From: Moraxella nasicaprae
GTDB taxonomy: Bacteria; Pseudomonadota; Gammaproteobacteria; Pseudomonadales; Moraxellaceae
DNA: 32,000 nucleotides
Assembly (NCBI RefSeq): GCF_025643275.1
Contig: NZ_CP089977.1
Location: 660,001-692,000, forward strand
Direction: 5' to 3'
A model generated the notes under the pieces. That model did not search any database. It saw only the letters and a program-made list of their open reading frames with translations, and had not been told where the DNA came from. Of the stretch, positions 6,730 to 16,273 are shown piece by piece; position 1 is the first letter of the stretch; every line of letters starts with the position of its first letter. The position numbers and the translations under genes are program-made.

Positions 6730-9000
6730 ATGCAATTACTCAAACCCAGTTTTCTATCATTATGCATATTAAGCATTTTAAGCACTTCTGCGTTTGCCGA
6801 TACATCAATTGCTCCCGTCGTGCTAGACCCTGTTGTCATTACCGTAGAATCACAAATAAAACAATCATTGGGAGCGTCCATCATCAGTCAATCAGACCTA
6901 GAACGCACACCAATCAAAAGTGATATTGCTCAAATTGTCCGAAAAATGCCTGGCGTCAATCTAACAGGGAATTCTGCCACAGGTCAACGAGGTAATAATC
7001 GTCAGATTGACATTCGAGGCATGGGACCAGAAAATACCCTGATACTGATTGATGGCAAGCCCACAACCTCTCGTCAGTCGGTGCGTTATGGCTGGCGTGG
7101 CGAACGAGACACTCGTGGTGATTCACAATGGGTACCTTCTAATCTCATCGAAAAAATTGAAGTACTACGAGGACCGTCCGCTTCTCGTTATGGTAATGGT
7201 GCTATGGGTGGCGTGGTTAATATCATCACCAAGAAAATCAGCGACAATCCATCAGGCTCGGTAGAGATTTATACTGAAAAACCACACAATGATAAAGAAG
7301 GAAATAGTCGTCGCATTAGTGCCAATTTTAGCGGTAGTATCATTCCTCAAAAATTAGGTTTTTTAGTATATGGCAACCTAAACAAAACCGACATGGACGC
7401 TGTGGACATCAATCCTTTGGTGCCGTACAAAAATGCCAATGGGCAAAGTTATCTAACCCGAGCAGCAGGTCGTGAAGGCGTGGAAAATAAAGATGTCGGG
7501 CTACGACTCAATTATCAAATCAATCCCAGCCATCATCTGCGTTTTGATGCAACCTATGGTCGTCAAGGCAATCAATACACAGGCGATACTCAATATTCCA
7601 ATCGTGATTCAAGTGCCACCACCACAAGTGCACAATCTGTCAGTAACGCCCATCTAAACAGCCTGATTGGCAGTGAAACTAATATCATGAAAAAATCAAG
7701 CCATGCATTGACTCATGAAGGCGAATATTCATGGGGTGATAGCAAGGTAATACTGCAATATGACCAAACCAAAAACACCCGCCTAAATGAAGGTTTGGCA
7801 GGCGGTCCTGAGGGAGTAATCAGCCATACTTTGCCACACTTTGAGGACACCAAACTAAACACCATGAGAGCTCATGGCGAGATTGTCATACCGCTATCTT
7901 TTGCTCTGCCGCAAACATTGACTTTAGGTGCTGAATATGTCAAAGACACACTGCATGAACTTGCCAACATGGAAGAAGGTACCAGCAGTGGTACAGACCC
8001 CAATGCCACTTATGCAAATACCCTATACCAAGGCGACCGCAGTAAATTGATTTCAAAAGTTGCTTCCATTTATGCCGAAAACAACATCAACATCAAAGAC
8101 AATACCAATTTTGCCATCACTTTGCGTTATGACCACCATAATCATTCAGGCTCCAATCTAAGCCCTGCTTTTAACCTAACCCATCATCTCAACGAACGAT
8201 GGACGGTCAAGGCAGGTATTGCCAAAGCCTATAAAATTCCAAATCTTTATCAAAACTCTCCCGCTTATATGCTTGGCACTCGTGGGCAAGGTTGTCCATG
8301 GAGAGCTCAGGTTTCAGGCTGGTGTGTTTTACAAGGCAATGCCAACCTAAAACCTGAAACCGCTGTTAATAGCGAACTTGGTTTTTTATATCGCAATCAA
8401 GGCGTTAATGCCAGCTTAACCTATTTTCATAGCGATTATAAAGACAAAATTGCCGCCAGTGATACCATTCGTGAAGTTATCGAAGCTCCTTATGGTCAAG
8501 GCACTACCAAATACAATGTATTAGACTGGATTAATATTCCTAAAGCTGTTGTTGAAGGATTGGAAGGCAGTATCAGCTATGTCAACAATGGACTACGCCT
8601 AAATAACAACTTAACCTACATGATTAAATCTAAAGACAAGCATACGGGCAATCCTTTGTCGTTGGTGCCAACTTATACTTGGAATACAACACTTGGTTAC
8701 GATTTAAACGATCGATGGGATATTAACGCCACTTATACCCATTACGGTCGCCAAAAAGCACGCCAATTTGCCGAAAGCAACATCGAAAATGTCAGCAAAG
8801 ACGGCTTATTACACAACCAGAACATGAAAGGTTATGGGATTTTTTCGGTCAATACTGGCTATCAATTTAACGACAATCTAAGCGGTCGTCTTGGTGTCAA
8901 CAATCTATTTGATAAGCAAAAATTGCGTGATAATACCATTGGTCAAACCTACAATGAAGCGGGTCGTTCCTACTTTGCCAGTTTAAAATATGACTTCTAG
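6730..9000 (+). CDS. TonB-dependent siderophore receptor (FepA/IroN-like catecholate type)
   Basis: SD GGAGA lies 7 nt before the ATG at 6730. Signal peptide is MQLLKPSFLSLCILSILSTSAFA, with a TonB-box-like DPVVITVES. Plug motifs are IDIRGMG and IEVLRGP..RYGNGAMGGVVNIITK. The protein is a long beta barrel ending in a terminal F (SLKYDF). Confidence 0.9.
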   Translation: MQLLKPSFLSLCILSILSTSAFADTSIAPVVLDPVVITVESQIKQSLGASIISQSDLERTPIKSDIAQIVRKMPGVNLTGNSATGQRGNNRQIDIRGMGPENTLILIDGKPTTSRQSVRYGWRGERDTRGDSQWVPSNLIEKIEVLRGPSASRYGNGAMGGVVNIITKKISDNPSGSVEIYTEKPHNDKEGNSRRISANFSGSIIPQKLGFLVYGNLNKTDMDAVDINPLVPYKNANGQSYLTRAAGREGVENKDVGLRLNYQINPSHHLRFDATYGRQGNQYTGDTQYSNRDSSATTTSAQSVSNAHLNSLIGSETNIMKKSSHALTHEGEYSWGDSKVILQYDQTKNTRLNEGLAGGPEGVISHTLPHFEDTKLNTMRAHGEIVIPLSFALPQTLTLGAEYVKDTLHELANMEEGTSSGTDPNATYANTLYQGDRSKLISKVASIYAENNINIKDNTNFAITLRYDHHNHSGSNLSPAFNLTHHLNERWTVKAGIAKAYKIPNLYQNSPAYMLGTRGQGCPWRAQVSGWCVLQGNANLKPETAVNSELGFLYRNQGVNASLTYFHSDYKDKIAASDTIREVIEAPYGQGTTKYNVLDWINIPKAVVEGLEGSISYVNNGLRLNNNLTYMIKSKDKHTGNPLSLVPTYTWNTTLGYDLNDRWDINATYTHYGRQKARQFAESNIENVSKDGLLHNQNMKGYGIFSVNTGYQFNDNLSGRLGVNNLFDKQKLRDNTIGQTYNEAGRSYFASLKYDF

Positions 9001-9940
9001 GAGACTTTATTTGTTTGGCATTAACACACCAATTAAGTCCATTGTCTCTAAGCGTATTGTCTTATTGCTTGGGCTGACGGGCATCATGCAAGGTTGTAGT
9101 CATGTGCAGTCATGGCAACCTGTTACCATCTCCAACAGCCAGCAGCAAATCATACATTCCACTTATACCGACAAAGACTATTTGATTCAAGTGGCAACCA
9201 TTGGTGATAAACCCATCAATGGTTATCCTGTGGTTTATGTGCTTGATGGCAATGCTTTTTTTACAACAAGTGTTGCCATTGCTCAACTGATGCATGGCAG
9301 ACCCAATCAAGCTTTACCAAAATCTCTGATGGTGGTCGGCATAGGCTATCCCATTTCCAAAAATTTTGACATCAAAAATCGCACTCATGACTACACTGTG
9401 CCATCTGCTAACTATCCCAAACCAAAAGGGGAGCAAATTAGCTTTGGTGGTGCTGATAAATTTCATCAGTTTATAAGCCAAGAACTCACCCCCATTTTAA
9501 ACCAGAAGTTTGGCATCAATGCCAATCATCGCACCCTATTTGGGCACTCTTACGGTGGTCTATTTGGATTATATGCCCTATATCGCCATTCCCAAGATTT
9601 TAATCGCTATGTCATTGCCAGCCCTTCGATATGGTGGAATGATAAAAGCATTCAGATTCATCAGGCTCTATTTACGCCCAGTCCCAACATCGCCCATGTA
9701 CTCATCACACTGGGCGAACATGAATTAAATGCCCCACATAAAAATCCTAATGCACCCACCAGCGATTTGCCAAATAGTGATGCCTACCTAACCCATCAAT
9801 TTTTGGTCAAAAAATTAGGGCAGTCCAAAACATCATTTGCCTTTCATTCTGATCATAGCCATGGAGACAACGCCTACCCATCTTTGTTAAAGGGCATCCG
9901 TTTGGCATATCAAGCCTGTCAAACAGATGCAGATTGTTAA
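8990..9940 (+). CDS. lipoprotein alpha/beta-hydrolase, IroE/Fes-like siderophore esterase family
   Basis: Lipobox LTGIMQGC, nucleophile elbow GHSYGG and a late HSDHSHGD histidine region. The ATG at 8990 overlaps the receptor stop by 11 nt. An alternative TTG at 9011 is preceded by AGGAG (8999-9003). Confidence 0.72.
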   Translation: MTSRRLYLFGINTPIKSIVSKRIVLLLGLTGIMQGCSHVQSWQPVTISNSQQQIIHSTYTDKDYLIQVATIGDKPINGYPVVYVLDGNAFFTTSVAIAQLMHGRPNQALPKSLMVVGIGYPISKNFDIKNRTHDYTVPSANYPKPKGEQISFGGADKFHQFISQELTPILNQKFGINANHRTLFGHSYGGLFGLYALYRHSQDFNRYVIASPSIWWNDKSIQIHQALFTPSPNIAHVLITLGEHELNAPHKNPNAPTSDLPNSDAYLTHQFLVKKLGQSKTSFAFHSDHSHGDNAYPSLLKGIRLAYQACQTDADC

Positions 9941-9974
9941 CCAAAACCCCAAGTCAAATAACTTGGGGCTTTGG
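9941..9974. terminator. bidirectional hairpin between the convergent esterase gene and fadD copy 2
   Basis: ccaaaaCCCCAAGT caaata ACTTGGGGctttgg. Confidence 0.65.
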
Positions 9975-11666
9975 TTAGTCTAGCTTTCTTAACTCTTTAC
10001 GCAGGATTTTGCCGACATTTGACTTGGGCAATTCATCGACAAACACGATGTGTCTTGGGCGTTTATAGCCTGTCAAATGCTCTTTTGCCCACGCCTTAAT
10101 CTCGCCAACGCTCAAATCATCTTCTTTTTTGACAATAAAAATCTTTACAGACTCGCCACTATGCCCATCAGGCACACCAATCACGCCACATTCTAGCACT
10201 TTTGGGTGAGCGGCGATGGCTTCTTCGACTTCATTTGGATAAACATTAAAGCCTGACACCAAAATCATGTCTTTTTTTCTATCGACAATCTTAAAATAGC
10301 CTTGCTCGTCCATCACACCAATATCGCCCGTGCGAAAATAGCCATCTTGGGTCATCACTTTGGCGGTCTCATCTGGTTTTTTCCAATAGCCTTTCATGAC
10401 TTGCGGCCCTTTGGCACAAATCTCGCCAGCCTCGCCCATCGCCACCTCACGACCCTCATCGTCCAACAAGATGATGTCTGTCGATGGAAAAGGAATGCCA
10501 ATTTTGCCCGTATAAGCCCCCAAAGGATTGAAAGTCAGCACAGGCGAAGTTTCGGACAAACCGTAGCCCTCGATGATATAGTTGCCTGTCAATGCCTCCC
10601 ATTTTTCGGCGGTACTAGGCAGAACCGACATACCCCCACCCAAAGAAATGACCAAATTGCTATGGTCAATCCCAGCAAATCCTTTATGATGAGCCAAGGC
10701 ATTAAATAAAGTATTCACGCCCGAAAAAAACTGCGGGCGATACTTGGCAAACTGCTTGGTCAAATCATCAAAATCTCTGGCATTGGGGATTAGCAACAAA
10801 CTAAATCCCATTTTCATACCAAGCAAACTAACCATAAAGCAAAAAATATGATACAGCGGCAACGCCACTGCCATATATTCGCCATGCTGATAAGGCTTGG
10901 CAAATCCTGTTTTTACATAGGTCATGCACTGCTCGACATTGGCAATCAAATTGCCATGCGTGAGCATCGCCCCTTTTGCCACACCTGTTGTGCCGCCTGT
11001 GTATTGCAAAATCACAACATCATCTAAGGAAACGGCTGGCTTTTGATAATTCTTGGGATTGAATTTTAAGATGGATTTAAAGCTGATGGCATTATCCAGA
11101 TGATAGGCAGGAATCATCTTTTTGATGTATTTGACCACCGCATTGACCGCCAAGCCCTTGATACCCATCATATCGCCAATCGCTGTCGTGATGACATGAC
11201 GCACCAGCCCCTTATTGCCAACCTGCTCAAAAGTATGGGCAAAATTTTCGATGATGAATAATGCTTTTGCCTCACTATCAATCAGCTGATGTTCAAGCTC
11301 ATGAGCGGTGTACAATGGGTTAATATTCACCAGCACCAAGCCTGCACGCACAATCCCCATCATTGTTGCCAAATATTGTGGCGTATTTGGCATCATCACC
11401 GCCACTTTATCGCCTTGCACCAAACCCAATGATTGTAGATAAGCTGCAATGCGTAAACTGATGCGGTCAAGCTCATCATAGCTTAGATGCACGCCCATAA
11501 AAGTGGTCGCAATCTGCCCACGATTGGTGGCGAAATTTTTATCAAAAAAATCCAATAAAGAATTCACATCATCAGGCATGACCAAATCAATGTCCAAGCC
11601 TTTATTGGTATAGGTTGCCTGCCAAGCTCTATCACTTGGCGTCTTAAAACTACGATAATCTGTCAT
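9975..11666 (-). CDS. fadD: long-chain-fatty-acid--CoA ligase (copy 2, paralog of 4695..6386)
   Basis: 563-aa ORF with the same motif set as copy 1. It is colinear with copy 1 over its full length at roughly 70% amino-acid identity by eye. Confidence 0.9.
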   Translation of the reverse strand: MTDYRSFKTPSDRAWQATYTNKGLDIDLVMPDDVNSLLDFFDKNFATNRGQIATTFMGVHLSYDELDRISLRIAAYLQSLGLVQGDKVAVMMPNTPQYLATMMGIVRAGLVLVNINPLYTAHELEHQLIDSEAKALFIIENFAHTFEQVGNKGLVRHVITTAIGDMMGIKGLAVNAVVKYIKKMIPAYHLDNAISFKSILKFNPKNYQKPAVSLDDVVILQYTGGTTGVAKGAMLTHGNLIANVEQCMTYVKTGFAKPYQHGEYMAVALPLYHIFCFMVSLLGMKMGFSLLLIPNARDFDDLTKQFAKYRPQFFSGVNTLFNALAHHKGFAGIDHSNLVISLGGGMSVLPSTAEKWEALTGNYIIEGYGLSETSPVLTFNPLGAYTGKIGIPFPSTDIILLDDEGREVAMGEAGEICAKGPQVMKGYWKKPDETAKVMTQDGYFRTGDIGVMDEQGYFKIVDRKKDMILVSGFNVYPNEVEEAIAAHPKVLECGVIGVPDGHSGESVKIFIVKKEDDLSVGEIKAWAKEHLTGYKRPRHIVFVDELPKSNVGKILRKELRKLD

Positions 11667-11820
11667 TGTTCTTATCCAAAATCACTGAAAATAAAAAACT
11701 ATCCAACCATCATTGAACGATTTATCACATCATTCGCTCATGTTCCGACCATGCCCAATCAGGTAAAGCACTTGGGGTATCTATGGTACAAACAAATAAT
11801 CACACTCACGACCAGATGGC

Positions 11821-13047
11821 TTAATTGCCATCGAGTAGCCGTGACATACATCCCACCAACCCCTTGGCAATGTTATCCTTACTCATTTTTGCCAAGTCCA
11901 CTTTATCCAGCCCGTATTTATCGGCAAAAAACACGCTCATCGCATTGTCATCACTTCCAAAGCCAATACTTTTATCCGAGACATCATTGACCGCAATCAT
12001 ATCCAAATTTTTGGCAACAAGTTTGCCTTTGGCATAATTTTCAATGTCCTGTGTTTCAGCAGCAAAACCCACCGTCAAAAGGTGCGGATAAGTTTGGGCA
12101 ATCGTTGCCAAGACATCAGGGTTTTTGACAAGCTCTAAGGTTAAGCCGTCATTATCAGCCGTTTTTTTAAGTTTTTGGCTGGCAACATTTGCCACTCTAA
12201 AATCCGCCACAGCAGCCGTGGCAATAAAAATATCCGCCTTTTCACAAACCTGTAAACACGCCGTAAGCATCTCATCCGCCGTGCCAATCGTGCATTTTTC
12301 TGCTCCAAGTGGCGTGGGCAAGCTCACCTTTTCGCCTGCGATGATGATAACCTTTGCCCCTGCACTCACACACGCCCTCGCCAAGGCATAGCCCATTTTG
12401 CCTGTGGAGTGGTTGGATAGGTAGCGAACAGGGTCAATGGGTTCAAGGGTTGCCCCTGCGGTGATGACGACCGTTTTGCCTGCCAAAGTTTGGGCGGCAT
12501 CTTGGCGGTCAAAAAAGCTCAAAATCTGCTCACAAATCGCCTCAGGCTCTGGTAGCCTCCCCATACCAACATCACCGCACGCTTGTTCACCGCTGTCAGG
12601 GTTTGCAACTTTAAAGCCAAATTGGGCAAGTTTTTTTAGATTATCCTGTAAAATGGCATTGCCCCACATTGCCTGATTCATCGCAGGATAGACCCACACA
12701 GGAGCGGTGGTGGCGACAATGACGGTGGTTACAAGGTTATCCGCCAAACCATTTGCCAATTTACCAATGGTGTTGGCAGAAGCTGGGGCAATGACAACCA
12801 AATCCGCCCACTTAGCAAGCTCGATATGCCCCATTCCCCTTTCGGCACTTTCATCAAGCAGTTTGGTATGCACTTCGTTGCCTGTCAAGGCTTGCAAGGT
12901 CAAAGGCGTGATAAACTGGCACGCCCCGTCCGTCATCATCACTCGCACGCTATGCCCTGCCTTGATTAACAGGCGTGCCAAAATGGCGGATTTATAACAA
13001 GCAATACCGCCAGTTAGGGCAAGTAGGATATTTTTGGAATGGGTCAT
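11821..13047 (-). CDS. coaBC: bifunctional phosphopantothenoylcysteine decarboxylase / phosphopantothenate--cysteine ligase
   Basis: Flavoprotein N-domain (ILLALTGGIACYKS, PAMN..MW) and a DFP C-domain (ITAGAT.EPIDPVRYLSNHSTGKMG). The ORF-track start at 13062 is TTG; I prefer the ATG at 13047. Confidence 0.92.
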   Translation of the reverse strand: MTHSKNILLALTGGIACYKSAILARLLIKAGHSVRVMMTDGACQFITPLTLQALTGNEVHTKLLDESAERGMGHIELAKWADLVVIAPASANTIGKLANGLADNLVTTVIVATTAPVWVYPAMNQAMWGNAILQDNLKKLAQFGFKVANPDSGEQACGDVGMGRLPEPEAICEQILSFFDRQDAAQTLAGKTVVITAGATLEPIDPVRYLSNHSTGKMGYALARACVSAGAKVIIIAGEKVSLPTPLGAEKCTIGTADEMLTACLQVCEKADIFIATAAVADFRVANVASQKLKKTADNDGLTLELVKNPDVLATIAQTYPHLLTVGFAAETQDIENYAKGKLVAKNLDMIAVNDVSDKSIGFGSDDNAMSVFFADKYGLDKVDLAKMSKDNIAKGLVGCMSRLLDGN

Positions 13048-13154
13048 TGGCTTAAAAATCAATTAAAAATGGGCTATTTTAGCATAAATTGGCAGTATTT
13101 GCTATTTGGGAAACTGCGTGAAAATACTCTAACATATTCTTTATCATAATGCTT

Positions 13155-13193
13155 AAAAAAAATAAAAGCACCATGATATTGGTGCTTTTATTT
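13155..13193 (-). terminator. intrinsic terminator after the PH-domain gene
   Basis: Arms ataaaagcacca and tggtgcttttat (12 bp) with loop tgatat, and A/T runs on both sides. Confidence 0.7.
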
Positions 13194-13210
13194 AGCATTG
13201 GCTGGGCGAC

Positions 13211-13585
13211 TTATTTAAGTACACATTCTGCAATCAAACGGTCAAGTTTTCTGATGTCGATTTTTTTATCCAAATTGATTTTGATGTGTCCTGCCCTTGT
13301 CCATAATTCAAGCTCTGCATTCACATCAAAAAATCCACCAGCATTTTCACTTGACCACATATTGATATTGGCATACGGCAAAGAATAAGTCTCAATCTTC
13401 TTGCCTGTCAGACCTTGTGCATCTCGTATAATCAGACGCTTATTGGTAAAAATGGCACTATCTCGAAAGGTGCGATACGCTGCTACCGCATACTCGCCAT
13501 CAACCAATAAAGCCTGTACATCTTCTGGAATGGGGCATTCTTCGACTAGCGTCCAAGCGGTAATGGTAGCAATTGATGAATCCAT
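13211..13585 (-). CDS. bacterial PH-domain protein (YokE/bPH_3-like)
   Basis: 124 aa from the ATG at 13585, with GGAG 8 nt upstream. The core FTNKRLIIRDAQGLTGKKIETYSLPY resembles bacterial PH-domain family members. The ORF-track extension to 13657 was rejected. Confidence 0.55.
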   Translation of the reverse strand: MDSSIATITAWTLVEECPIPEDVQALLVDGEYAVAAYRTFRDSAIFTNKRLIIRDAQGLTGKKIETYSLPYANINMWSSENAGGFFDVNAELELWTRAGHIKINLDKKIDIRKLDRLIAECVLK

Positions 13586-13841
13586 GATATTATCTCCAAA
13601 TCGACAGCCAACTCCAACATTGGCATTATTAAAAAACCAGCGGTTAAATGATACCACCTCATCAACATGATGATAACATCAAATCATCAGCACATCAATC
13701 CATATCGCCACTATCCACAGCCAATCAAACAACACGCCATCACCATTTTATTTATAAACAAAACCAAATCACCACAAGTCAAGATGAACTTCATCAAGGT
13801 TGTTTATTTTTTGATAACATGAGTAAACCACCCAAAAAAAA

Positions 13842-14591
13842 TTACCCAAACACATATCTTAGCACCATCAAAAAGCACATGAGTACAATCACAGGGCGGA
13901 TAAATTTCGCACCGCCTTTGACGACCATGTTTGAGCCAAGATACGCACCGATGATTTGCCCTGCCATCATCACAAAGCCCACCGTCCACACCACCTGACC
14001 GCCAATGATAAAAAAGATAAGCGAGGCAATGTTGGTGGCAAAATTTAAAAGTTTGGCATTGCCTGTGGCTGTAACCAAATCTTGCCCACGCCCAACCACA
14101 CCAGAGAGCGAAAAAAATGTCCCCGTCCCTGGTCCAAAATACCCATCATAAAAGCCAATGGCAGGCACAACGCCATTTTGCCACGCCTTGTGCGACAGTT
14201 TGGGTGGTTGTTGATAATTGCCCAAATTAGGGCTAAATAAGGTATAAAGCCCCATCGCCCCCACAATAAAGGTAATGGCAGTTTTTAAAAAATCTGGTGG
14301 CGAAAGCTGCACCAAAATCGTCCCCACCGCAGAACCAACAAAGGCAAGGATTAGAGCGGTTTTGATGATTTTGGGTTTGGCAATGCCCTTTTTTATCATG
14401 GCAAGACTTGCCGAAAGCGACCCTGCACAGGCTTGCAGTTTATTGGTGGCAAGCACCGCCACAGGGTTTAGACCTGTCAAAAGCAGGGCTGGCAAGGTCA
14501 AAAGACCACCACCGCCCGCCATCGCATCAACAAAACCTGCCAATATCGCCACCATAAATAATATGAACAATAATTCAATGCTCAACATCAT
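13842..14591 (-). CDS. TauE/SafE family sulfite/anion exporter (DUF81)
   Basis: ~249 aa from MMLSIELLFILFMVAILAGFVDAMAGGGGLLTLPALL. It is polytopic with an internal repeat and has a Gly-rich motif typical of DUF81. Confidence 0.8.
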   Translation of the reverse strand: MMLSIELLFILFMVAILAGFVDAMAGGGGLLTLPALLLTGLNPVAVLATNKLQACAGSLSASLAMIKKGIAKPKIIKTALILAFVGSAVGTILVQLSPPDFLKTAITFIVGAMGLYTLFSPNLGNYQQPPKLSHKAWQNGVVPAIGFYDGYFGPGTGTFFSLSGVVGRGQDLVTATGNAKLLNFATNIASLIFFIIGGQVVWTVGFVMMAGQIIGAYLGSNMVVKGGAKFIRPVIVLMCFLMVLRYVFG

Positions 14592-14780
14592 ACACACTCG
14601 CAAACCAACAAAAGGAAATTTTAGCAAAAATGATGAATTTTTGGCGATTTTTATGTCTAAAATGGCATAAAAAACACACAAAAACACACAAAATTACTTT
14701 ATTCACTGGCGAAATTTTGATATATTGGAAAAATTCATAAAATATATCACTATAAACAGATAATCCAATGATACCCACGC

Positions 14781-14799
14781 ACAACCATGCCATGGTTGT
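14781..14799. promoter_or_regulatory. perfect 19-nt palindrome just upstream of the nhaA ribosome-binding site
   Basis: acaaccatg c catggttgt, ending 5 nt before AGGAG (14805-14809) and 17 nt before the ATG. Confidence 0.3.
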
Positions 14800-14815
14800 C
14801 TAGGCAGGAGAATTT

Positions 14816-16027
14816 ATGTTTGCTTCCTTGAAAAGGTTTTTTGAGCTAGAAGCGGCTGGCGGCATCATCTTGGCATTAGCAGCCATACTGGCGATGCTTG
14901 TCGCCAATTCGCCATTACACGACTTATACCACGCTTTTATTCATGCCCCTGTGGTGGTGCAAATTGGTCATTTTGAGATTGCCAAAGATGCCCATCATTG
15001 GATTAACGATGGCTTGATGGCGATTTTTTTCTTTTTGGTGGGTCTTGAACTCAAACGAGAAGCACTGATTGGCGAGCTGTCCGACATCAAACAAATCCTA
15101 ATGCCAGCCCTAGCAGCGGTGGGTGGCATGATTGCCCCTGCGTTGATTTATGCCGCCTTTAACTGGGATAATTCAGCCAATCTGGCTGGCTGGGCAATTC
15201 CTGCGGCAACAGACATTGCTTTTGCATTGGGTGTGCTAAGCCTACTTGGCAATAAAGTACCTAATGCCCTCAAAGTATTTTTGGTGTCAATCGCCATCTT
15301 TGATGACTTGGGTGCAATCATCATCATTGCCTTATTTTATACTCATGATTTATCCTTGACCGCTCTTGCCATCGCTGGGGTGTGTCTGCCTATCTTGTAT
15401 CTGCTTAATCGCCTGAATGTGGTGCGTATCACGGCTTACATTCTGATTGGTCTTGTCATGTGGGCAGCATTGCTAAAATCAGGCGTGCATGCCACTTTGG
15501 CAGGGGTATTGCTGGCATTTTTCATTCCCCTAAAAAACAAACAAGACCCTGAGCATTCGCCACTTGAAGAGCTAGAACACGATTTGCACGGTACGGTTGC
15601 ATTTGGGATTTTGCCTTTGTTTGCCTTTGCCAATGCTGGCATTTCGCTGGCTGGCACAAGCATAGACACGCTACTACACCCCGTGCCACTAGGCATTGGT
15701 GCAGGCTTATTCATCGGCAAACAAATTGGCGTGATGGCAGCAGTTTTATTATGTCTTAAACTTGGTCTTGCCAAGCTGCCAACTGGTACGAATATCCGCC
15801 AAATTTATGGCGTTTCATTGCTATGCGGTATCGGCTTTACCATGAGTCTATTTATTTCAGGGCTTGCTTTTGGCGGTATTCCAGAAGGGTTTGATCCACG
15901 ACTTGGCATTATTTTAGGCTCTTTGATTTCAGGTATTTTGGGTTATTTATTGCTTCGCACTTGCATCAATAATGCCACCCACCCAACACTTGCCGTTGAT
16001 GATGGTAAAGGCTATTTGCATAACTAA
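14816..16027 (+). CDS. nhaA: Na+/H+ antiporter NhaA
   Basis: 403 aa with NhaA hallmarks: [21 protein letters not shown], the [23 protein letters not shown] motif, and 12 TM helices. Confidence 0.93.
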   Translation: MFASLKRFFELEAAGGIILALAAILAMLVANSPLHDLYHAFIHAPVVVQIGHFEIAKDAHHWINDGLMAIFFFLVGLELKREALIGELSDIKQILMPALAAVGGMIAPALIYAAFNWDNSANLAGWAIPAATDIAFALGVLSLLGNKVPNALKVFLVSIAIFDDLGAIIIIALFYTHDLSLTALAIAGVCLPILYLLNRLNVVRITAYILIGLVMWAALLKSGVHATLAGVLLAFFIPLKNKQDPEHSPLEELEHDLHGTVAFGILPLFAFANAGISLAGTSIDTLLHPVPLGIGAGLFIGKQIGVMAAVLLCLKLGLAKLPTGTNIRQIYGVSLLCGIGFTMSLFISGLAFGGIPEGFDPRLGIILGSLISGILGYLLLRTCINNATHPTLAVDDGKGYLHN

Positions 16028-16038
16028 CCAACACCATC

Positions 16039-16077
16039 AAAAAACCGCTTCGCCCACAAGGTAAAGCGGTTTTTTTG
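16039..16077 (+). terminator. intrinsic terminator after nhaA
   Basis: Arms aaccgctt and aagcggtt with a 13-nt loop, followed by T7. Confidence 0.7.
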
Positions 16078-16231
16078 ATGCCAGACCATTCATCAAGTTG
16101 CCATCACGCCAAGTGTTTGTATCCCAACATCAATCGATAAGCCAAGCATGAATGGTTTTGTCGCACTTATTTAAATCCCTTGATGACAAGCAAGACATCA
16201 TTAGTCACTGCACTCATCATCACACCCCAAT

Positions 16232-16263
16232 AAAAAAACACCCCAAATCAGGGGTGTTTTTTT
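16232..16263 (-). terminator. intrinsic terminator after pta (symmetric, could act in both directions)
   Basis: aaaaaaacacccc aaatca ggggtgttttttt. Confidence 0.75.
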
Positions 16264-16273
16264 GTTCATCGCC

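Noticed and set aside
13586-13841. Strongly G-poor, CA-rich plus-strand spacer between the PH-domain gene and the TauE gene, and ORF 13648..13998 on the plus strand.
   Set aside because: I found no stable secondary structure, repeat or credible coding signal. The ORF translation is low-complexity and runs antisense into the TauE 3' end. This is most likely just a promoter/UTR region for the PH-domain gene.
16078-16231. ~150-nt gap between the nhaA and pta terminators containing 17-20-codon ORFs on both strands.
   Set aside because: The ORFs are too short, lack RBSs and show no structure. An sRNA between two terminators cannot be excluded, but nothing in the sequence supports one.
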